Part shown: positions 55,401 to 64,000 of the stretch, one piece after another
Layout: each line of letters opens with the position of its first letter
How positions within the stretch are numbered: the stretch's first letter is position 1
The notes under the pieces: model-generated
Told to the model about the DNA's origin: nothing
Database searches by the model: none
What the model saw: only the letters and a program-made list of their open reading frames with translations
From: Balanoglossus misakiensis
Taxonomy: Eukaryota > Animalia > Hemichordata
DNA: 64,000 nucleotides
Reading direction: 5' to 3'
Assembly (NCBI GenBank): GCA_040954595.2
Contig: CM082583.2
Span: 8,852,254 to 8,916,253 of the forward strand
Position numbers and translations under genes: made by a program

Positions 55401-58023
55401 ACCTCCCTATTGAAGTTTTTCATGTATTCTATATTTCTCTGTAGCGAACAGGATTTGCTATGAAGGAAGCAGCACTGCTTCAGCAAATTGCGAATCATAT
55501 TCGGAGCATTGTAATAAAGGTAGGCCTGAAATTAAGGCAATGTTTAAGTAAACTGCGCATTGTCCATCCATAATTTCTTTAAATTTTAATCTATCATAAT
55601 GTGCAACAGGAGCTACAGTGCCATCAGCGCTACTTTTTTTCTCAATTACCAGTGTTTACAAATCTTCAGCAACGTTAGCCTTAATTTTTTCCCTCTTTCC
55701 AGATTGGAGGAAAATACTACGCTCCAATTTCTGGCATACCACAAGGCGGTGTATTGTCAACTTTGCTGTGCAGTTATGTCTATGGAGACATGGAACACAA
55801 GTATCTAAAGGACCTTGACAAAGATGGGGTATGTGAATTGATGTATTTTATTAACACAACCTATCAAGATGTATTCAAACTGGCTTCTTGGTTCAGTTCA
55901 GCCAAATAAATTTAACATGGTAAATTTTCTTACCACATTCTTTTCTCTGTTTTTTTTCCAGTTACTTCTTAGAATCGTTGATGATTTCCTCCTGGTAACA
56001 CCTGATATAAATCATGCCAAGAAATTCCTAGATGTCATGTCTAAGGGTAAATTTAAGACACCTGCATTTCTATCTATCTTGCAGCCCAGACTGTCAATAT
56101 TTTGTAGTATCTCATTCATAAAAATAGTGGTTTTTAATGACAGATTTAGTATATACTGTTGCATTTTCTACATGATGTATGGCAAGTGCCCACTTTATTT
56201 GTAAAATTTTGCTGTCTCTGTAGTTATTTTTACATGGATAGCAGAGCCACATCCACTCTTTTGTATATTCTCATCGGGCTATTCTTTTTCCACAAAGGCA
56301 TTCCTGAATATGGATGCACGATAAATCCTAAGAAGACAGTTGTAAACTTTCCATTGGATAATCAAGACGGAGTCACATGTGTGGAGAACCAAGGTTAGCG
56401 TTTTGCTGGGCCGCAGTCAACACAATATTGCAACAACTTTCTTGTAATTGCTGCAAAAATTACCTCTGATATTTGTTTGTTTTTATGTAAATTTTTGTAA
56501 CGTATAAGATACTTACCTTAACATTACATTTTTTATTATCAGAGATCACATTGACTGTTGAAGTTATTGTTGTTGTTGTTTACAGCATTGTTTCCATGGT
56601 GTGGGATGCTGATAAACACTCAGACTCTTGAAGTCTATTGTGATTATGTCAGGCTTGAAGACACAGGCAAGTTAAGATTGACGAACCAACTACAAAGCAA
56701 TTTTAAGATGTATGCTTTGGGAATATGCCATCACTAATTGTTTTATTCTGATTGTATCAAATGTTAATCCACGCCTCTGTTGTGACATTTTCCAGAAATG
56801 CAAGACACATTCACGCAGGATCTGATTCGCCCAGGACAATCCGTTATCGACAAACTACAGCAGTAAGAGCCCTTTCCCCCTTTCCCATGAAATGTGTTTA
56901 TGTCACTTGTTCACATTACCTAATAAGGAAGCGGCTAAATATGCGTAATGTGGGCAGCGTCAATCAATCAGAAAGCAGCATACTGTTTTGCTTTGTTCCT
57001 TGAGGTTCACTCTCTCTGTTCATTATGAGCATGTTGAATTTGATTCTAACATATTTTTAAAGTAACAATTTTTTGCCTTTCACAGCACCATACAACTCAA
57101 GTGCAAGCCAATATTTATGGATCACAAGGTACTTCAGATTTTTGCCCTCTGTAAAATACCATCAACTTTTACATTGGTCAGAGTCCTCCCCATTTTAATA
57201 ATTTGATCATGTTTTGCTTTTCAGATCAATGGCACTGCCACCATCGTATTCAATCTTTACAGACTCTTCCAAATGGCAGCGAGTCGTTTCCATTGTATTG
57301 CGCAGAAGTTGCCAGTACATGGTAGAGTTATCAACAAGCCACAGTATTTCAACAGTAAGTGTGCGGTCCCACCCTGGAATACTTCTGATTTCAAATAAGG
57401 GAAAATATGGATTAAACAAAGATGTCTTTCACCAAAGTGACAGTGTACACACTACTCCCGGTATAGAAAATGTATTTTCTTCCTTTTTAATTTTTTTTCT
57501 TCTGTTTTTTTTTAACAGGGTTGCTATTACAGCTTGGCCAGTACACTCACAACCTTGCTTCTTCAAGGGGATCTTCTAATACAGTGGAATCATTTCCATT
57601 ATCAAAACCAGCAGTAATTTGGTAAGTTTTCCATAATAAAAAGGATTATGTTAAAAACACATTTCAAAAAGGGTTAATGTTTATATCAGGGTGGCTAATG
57701 ATTTTTTTGTTCTGTGTTAATAATGACAGGTTGTGTATGAAAACCTTCCAAGCCACACTTGCCAAGCACAGGCCTGCCTACTTCAAACTTCTTAAACTGA
57801 TGAACGTGGAGATTAAGAAGAATGATAAGGAACTGGTATGTATTATGTTTTTATGCTAATTCAAAGCACAGAAGATTACAAGAGCGAATTCTATTGCTCT
57901 AACTGCTGGAGTGAACGTACATTAGCAACAGAGGTTGTTTGTCTTTTCCAGAATCCTAAAACAGCGGAACAAATGAAGGCTGTTCTGAGTATGCCTGAAA
58001 TGGTCGTGTCGGAGTTGACCTGA
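49439..58023 (+). CDS. TERT: Telomerase reverse transcriptase, full length, ~30 coding exons
   Basis: TEN domain: MEAIKLAYKKTATLLEY..LIQENDKP (49439-49551), RNIFIFG, WKTLLERVGDDIMFHLL..YVQVSG. TFLY-like FILYS; CP motif LLKNHRKCRY..HYCP; QFP VYRFVRAVCHRVVPTKLWGS.HN; T motif FYVTESTVYRNRLFYFRK..W. RT motifs LKFLPK..LRPI, FVKLDIQNCFD, GIPQGG.LS, LRIVDDFLLVT, GIPEYGCTIN..KT, PWCGMLI; CTE runs to the stop at 58023. The frame is continuous across the inferred junctions. Confidence 0.96.
52786..52941 (+). repeat. 21-bp coding tandem repeat within a TERT exon
   Basis: About 7 copies of a unit like GTTCAGAAAGACAAAGTTCAA, read in frame as VLVQKDE VPVQKDK VQVQKDE VQVQTVE VRVQKNK..VPVKKDR VTVKKDK. Confidence 0.85.
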
Positions 58024-59034
58024 GGTGTGCCACATGTTGCAGACCGTTCCGGAACCACTCTAGGTGTATGCAGTATTGTATGGCTTTGCAGTTACAGCAT
58101 CACCAGATATACCGGTAGCTCTATTCAATTCCAAGCAATAACAGTCAGGGTTCAGTTCTATCCGTCCATCAGACATTATGAAGTACAAACTTTGGCAGAT
58201 TTCTCAGGGGAAGATTATGATCTCTCTCCCACTGAAGCCTCAAATAGTTTTTGATATAAAGTTATTGCGTTTTTGTCTGTTCTTGTTACTGTTCAACAGA
58301 GTAATGCCTTGAAACCTCTTTCATGGTTTGCAGTGAAAAAAAGGTATACTCATTTGTTTCATAAAATATTTCGTTTTGAAGTAGAAATAGTTGAGTTTTT
58401 ATAAAGTATACAAACACAGTTTTTTTATTTTTGGAAAAAAGTTCTAATTTATTTATTTATCATACTATGTTACAGTGTTTATTGGGCAGTAGTGCTACTG
58501 GACTAATAAACGCACAGAAGTTAAACAAGAAGGCTGTTGGCGTTTCAGTTCACAGATTCATGCTTGTACTGGTCATAGACCACACTCATTGTGGTCTTTG
58601 CCTCACACCCAAACATTCTCACACACGCACACAAGCACTGTAGATCTTAACTGCCACCAAACAAATACAACTAAAGGTACAGTACATAGCTTCGGCGCGT
58701 ACATCGCAACTCGTGACTTGGGAGCAAGCAAACCCTGGTACAGCAGTTGGTAACAACAGTGGTAAAATGAACAGAACCAGTTCAGAAGTATTGTATGATT
58801 CATTTCATACGTCATATTGGTCTCAGAAGTTGTGACTGCTGACAACAAAGAATGCCCTGAAGATTTCTCAGATATTTTAGATAAAAAACGGAATATTCGC
58901 AGATGCCCTTCCATCTCATTTCAACAAAGTACTAAGATGAGAAGAAAAAAAACTTCTTTCGTTTTGAAATGGTTGTTTATATCTTCCATTGTTGAGTCCT
59001 TTAATAGCTTACAGGCTTTCTTTTTCTTGTCAGC

Positions 59035-62000
59035 TCACATCCACTGTTGAGCTGTACTGGCCGACAGATCCAACAGTTTCCACGCGGCTTGTGGATCGAG
59101 GCATTCCTGGTCGCGGCACAGAACCCAGACGTACTGCACCCGTAAGACCTTGTCCTGCAAGAAAATACAAAAAAAGTATAACAGACTGAATCAAGCATTC
59201 TGCTCCTTTCTAACCTTTTTTTATATTTCAGTGAGTCACATTGTACATTATGAAGATATGAAGAGTTCCAAATTTCAAAACCACTCACCGCGTCACCTTC
59301 TACAATGTCTCCCTTGGCATTCCTGACCACCTGTATTTGCTGAGTCAGAAAACTGATGATGAGGACCGGACCTTGTTCCATCATTTTACCCATGACGAGC
59401 TGATCGAAAGAAGAAGGCGATTAGTTTTTTGTAAGTTTATCACATTATCTAGATGTGCGCATCAAAATTCATTTCTCAGCACTGTGAAAATCTTCCGGCT
59501 CATATCACTTGTGTATCTTGTAAACAGTTCTTGACATCTACTCACATCCAAGTGGTCAATATCCAATATCCTGGAATCAAACTTGTATCCCAGGGCATAG
59601 GCCTGTTTCATTGGAGTGGCTAGCATGTTATATGGCTGAAATATAAAATGTATAAATTTATTTTGTTATATGGAAGACATGTTGGAGAGAATTTTAGTAT
59701 TTGGGGAAACAATATATACTAGTAGTAAACAAAACATACATAAACATTTCCGGCCAGTTCATCAGCAATTTGTATTGCCATATTAACATACCGGTATGTA
59801 TGTAAAATGAAAGCTAAAATGTACTCACTGCTTCATAACACCAGTCTTTGAGAATTTCTAAATCTCCTCTGATAATTGCCTGAAACAAAGGAAATTCAGA
59901 ACCATAGCTTATAAGCTCTTGCAAATGGATGTGTGAAACAGAAAGTTGTGTGGAAACAAGTGTGTGCATGTTGTGTGTTTAAGCAGCTATCATGTGCCAT
60001 TAACATTTATGGTAATAGGACAGTCAACCGTTCATTGAAATTGTGTCAATTTTACAAAATTTCACTGCCAGAACCTCGGCATATTAAAGATCACACGTTT
60101 CAAAGCCACACAACAGCGAAACTTTTCATGCAGTGAGTTCCTCTGACCTCAAGGATGTTTGGTATGATCTCAGCTTCACACTGCTTGAGAAATCCTTCTT
60201 TGGTAAATGCTGGATCCTGCTTGATAATCTCGGTCAATACTTCCGACATCTCTGTCTTGGTGAAGACACCACCTGGTGGAAATGTTTCAATATAAATGTG
60301 AATTCAATACGTCAACATACTGTGATGAATAACCAAGTTGAATTGTTCACTCCATTGCTTCTTGGGATGTCCAACATTATGTACAATTATTTTATTTTGT
60401 CTTTTAGACAGACAACATTTTGTGGTTGTCCCGCAATTCTTGATGTCAGGATGAGAAACACCTCAGGCAGGAAAGATATCCGATCCCATCATTTGGAGAT
60501 TGTGAGACGTAGATGAAATGAAATGGAAGTTGACTTACCTAAGAGCTGGCTGACCTTATCAGTGACTACCCTGGATGCTCTGACAATGGCGCTGTCACTC
60601 TCATCATACTTCATTTTCAAGTCAAACACTTCTACAGAAGGGAGACACAATAATGGTCGCTGTGAGTACATTCACTCTGCATTCAACATTTTGCAAACTT
60701 CGAAAGAAAAACATATCTAGGAAGTTGGATAAAACTGCACTGTGACTTACTGTTGAAAACTTGGTTATTGTCTTTAAAATTCTGCCACTGTTGGTACCAT
60801 TTGGAATCTTTATGAAGGACCACTCCTGTTGCATCTCTGAAATACAAGTATGGTGAGTGATCACACAATATTGTTAACTGGCCTCAGGTATATCTTTCAT
60901 CTACTTGGTTGACCAGTCCACAGATAACACTGATTGGACTAATTGAATTGGCTGAAATGAACATCCAAACACTTTTTACTCACTCATTTGGTTCAAAATT
61001 CTTCTCATCCATATCCATCGACCTTTCTGTCCTCTTCCTTAGTTTTTCTTCAAATAAGAAATAAAATGTTTCGTTGGTGGTCAGGTAAACATTGTCTCTC
61101 TCGCACACACCCTTTTTACACATTTCTATCTTCTTTTGAATTTAGCACATCAATGCTCACCTGGTGCTTTGTATGGCTGCGCCCTGGCTGTGGTCGCTTG
61201 GTCTATTTCCTGCTTAACAGACTTCACACTCTGAAAGGAAGACAAAAAAAGAAAGACAAAATTGCAGACCATCAATCATGTGCAGTTTTCCTTGGTTAAA
61301 GCAGTCACTATCTACTGCATCTTGGATAAAAAGCCATATATAGCATTGCAGTCTGCCCTGTGAGAACCCTCCATACTCTAAACACTGAAACACTCTCACA
61401 GAGAGTATTTTACTTTTTAGCACTCTTACCTGTGAGAACGCCTTGAATGCAGTAGATTTCCCGATTTGTTCGCTTTGTTTGCCGACACTCTCCGCAGCGC
61501 CTTTGGCCGATTTGGTGACCTCCTCCGTGATGTCCATTCCTTTCTTGGCCCATTCTGTCTTCTTCACTTCTTCCACGCCCTAAATTTCACATAAAACACA
61601 GGAAAGGTGATGATCCAGCATAATAGGCAAGACCTGGAAGTGAATGCTGACACACCTGAGACATGCATAGGAATCTAAGCACAGCCTCATGACTGATCTG
61701 TCGGCACAAGTTGCCCATAGTGTCACATTGTATCTTCAAAAGAGAAGACGTCTTTGGTTGAGGAAAATTCTTACCTCCTGAAACTTTTTACTTAGGTCAT
61801 CCAATGTTTTCTTTAATTGTGCTGTTCCTCTAGTCGTTTCTGTTTCAAGGGTTGCCTAGAAAAACAACAATAACACTTTCTATTAAAGCCATGAATTTTA
61901 ATTACCATATTCTTGATATCCATAACACAGAAAATTCTGCAAAAAAATATTTCAGACATTCCACATCGTTAGGAAAACACTTTTTATACTTACATATTTT

Positions 62001-63037
62001 TGCCGGGCCTTCTGGAGAGCATCAGACTTTTCAAGTCTCTCTGCTTCTTCTCTGAATTTTTTAATGTTGTCCTATAAAGTACAAATAATAAAGTAAATCA
62101 CAGCACGTCTGGCAAGTGATCTGTAAATGTGCAGAAAAACTTGATGAGCACAAATAACAACAATAAGTGCCCATGCCAAGAAATATGGGTCTTTATATAT
62201 AAGCATACATGTATAAATCAATTATTTTTTGTATTTTATCTCACCTTCATTTCTTTATTTTTTGCCATTTCCTGTTTAATATTTTCAATAAAATCTGCCA
62301 GAAAATTTCTTCTTGGTTGGTTTGAGTAAAATCGGACCTGTATATTAAAAAAGAAACTTAAGCATTCACTTACTATTGGCTTCTTGCACTGCATGCAACA
62401 CTACACTGTTTGTCATGGAAACTGGGTCACTACAAGGTATTGTCAAGGATACGTGTATCAGTATGTGGGAAAAATATTCGACATAATGTGTGAGCTTTTC
62501 CTGACAATAATCGGGTGATTAAATTGTGAAGAGGTTCTAATTTACATTACAAATGAGAATGCCTACCTGTTTGAGCCTGAAATCGAGTGGATCTTGTACA
62601 TGATGACTTGGTGCACTGATTACGTGACTGGAGGCAGGTAAACGACCGGTGATTCTAATGTCGTGAAGTGCACACTAAAGAGGGTGAGCAAAGACAACAT
62701 TTAAGAAAGTGTGAAATTTGATATTAATTTCCTCTACATATACAGTAAAAGAGAATCGGCTTTACTTGTTACCATGCTGATTTCGTAGCCATCGAAGCTA
62801 AACATGACGTAACGTGACCGGCGCCTGGCATCACATTTACAACGTGGTCGGTGGTAAAGTTGTAAAATCAGCTGGATCATGGCCTCAGGTGGCCGATCCA
62901 AGGAATTTCTACTGTACATGCCTTTCCTTTGGCGATCTTTCAGACGTGGCAGCACTTCACGGTGCCAATGTGCGGATTTCTCCGCAAAATCTTACCTGCC
63001 GAAAACCTCGGCAAAGCACGATCCTGGACGCCGCCAT
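59035..63037 (-). CDS. TIMM44: Mitochondrial import inner membrane translocase subunit TIM44, multi-exon
   Basis: Presequence-like MAASRIVLCRGFRQ; GVVLHKDSKWYQQWQNFKDNNQVFN; MKYDESDSAIVRASRVVTDKV; MGKMMEQGPVLIISF; C-terminal KVLRVQYVWVLCRDQECLDPQAAWKLLDLSA. Confidence 0.95.
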
Positions 63038-63263
63038 TTTTAAATTACAAAGGTTCATGGGATTAGAAATACACAACTTTTCCCACAATGCCATGCTGTC
63101 ACGAAAATGGCTGCTCCCATGATAAATGCAAAGTGAGTGTCAATGTTTTTGTATTGAATTGCTCTTTGTTCTCTTCCAAATTCAAGTTGTAACATGGATC
63201 CACTTGTAATTCTAATCAGTTCGTGCATGTATTGCACTATGTCTAAACACTTACACCCACTCT

Positions 63264-63382
63264 TTTCTGCTAGTTCGTAGCCCTACCACATCCCAAGTGT
63301 CAAGTTGTTACCAACAACAACCATCGTGGATAGGCAACAACCTAGGCTACGGGGAAGTGGTAGGGCTACTAACTCGCAGCAA
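63264..63382. mobile_element. MITE of the TTGCTGCGAG-TIR family with a perfect 9-bp TSD, in the putative DDX59 5'UTR intron
   Basis: TTTCTGCTAGTTCGTAGCCCTACCAC...GTGGTAGGGCTACTAACTCGCAGCAA flanked by ACCCACTCT at 63255-63263 and 63383-63391. Confidence 0.82.
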
Positions 63383-63650
63383 ACCCACTCTGTGCTTTGC
63401 ATGATTATTCTAGAGAGTAGGGATGTTGTTGTTGCAGCTTTACTGTACTGCGAGGATTGCTCCTGATATTGCTAAATCTTTACACAGGGTCTACTGGGGA
63501 ACGTGCAGAGTAAAACTGCCAGAAAAATATAGGAACAGAATTTACTTTGATCAATCATGCCAATCTTGACGTTTCATTTTGTTCTGCTCTGTTGCTTTTA
63601 TTCCTGCTCTCTCATTTCAGCTGTAGTGCGTAGGAAAAAGGCGACCAGAA

Positions 63651-64000
63651 ATGTTTGTTCCAAGATCTGTATCAGCTGGCAGGAAGCCGCCACCTGCCAA
63701 GAAAATAAAACCAGCAAAAACTGAAAGTCAAACTCAGGTATCAGGTGAAAAGAAGACAGATGGTGTGAAAGGCCTGCCGAATGCATCTGGCGCAAAGATT
63801 TGTGCAGAAACAGAAACGACCGTCAAGCCTCATGAAGAAAGCCATGCCCATGGTAAAGAGGAGAGTGGGCAACAGTGCAGTGATCCTGTCTCAATAGAGA
63901 AACAAATGGCCGACACACTGGAGGAAAGAAAGACAGACAGTGACTCATCCGAAGGTGAAGCTGAAGTAATTTCATACAGTAAAGACCAGAGATGGCCGGA
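63651..64000 (+). CDS. DDX59: Probable ATP-dependent RNA helicase DDX59, N-terminal part (cut by the window end)
   Basis: Open frame from MFVPRSV to VISYSKDQRWP, matching the DDX59 N-terminus (MFVPRS) and the S.S..QRW segment before its zinc finger. Acceptor at 63620; upstream donor at 63133. Confidence 0.8.
   Translation, partial: MFVPRSVSAGRKPPPAKKIKPAKTESQTQVSGEKKTDGVKGLPNASGAKICAETETTVKPHEESHAHGKEESGQQCSDPVSIEKQMADTLEERKTDSDSSEGEAEVISYSKDQRWP

Noticed and set aside
55703-56393. Reverse transcriptase motifs as a possible retroelement
   Set aside because: The gene has introns and TEN, CP, QFP, T and CTE motifs, so it is cellular TERT.
62445-62452. GTATCCTT (U12 donor consensus) on the minus strand in TIMM44
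   Set aside because: It lies inside intron 2, not at an exon boundary. The flanking exons join through ordinary GT-AG sites.

Overview
Eukaryotic, intron-rich genomic DNA from an invertebrate animal. A non-vertebrate deuterostome such as a hemichordate is my inference from gene content (beta-carbonic anhydrase with STRA6-like and a vertebrate-like TERT). I assembled gene models by eye from GT/AG boundaries and frame continuity. In order: a possible first exon of a gene running off the left edge; a highly divergent secreted FGF-like gene (-); a proteinase K/aqualysin/PCSK9-like S8 protease (-); JTB (+); MFSD12 (+); STRA6-like (-); two tandem secreted type-B carboxylesterases (-); GPATCH3 (+); beta-carbonic anhydrase (-) head-to-head with a complete ~30-exon TERT (+); TIMM44 (-) head-to-head with the 5' part of DDX59 (+). 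Three MITE families are present with TIRs and TSDs (8-bp TSD P/hAT-like, 9-bp TSD Mutator-like, TTAA piggyBac-like), plus microsatellites. No rRNA, tRNA or CRISPR array was seen, and I found no clearly new multi-gene system. The best leads are the divergent FGF-like ligand, the protease lacking its oxyanion-hole Asn, a heptad-repeat insertion in the TERT RNA-binding domain, and MITEs in first introns. All family calls come from motif recognition, not database searches.
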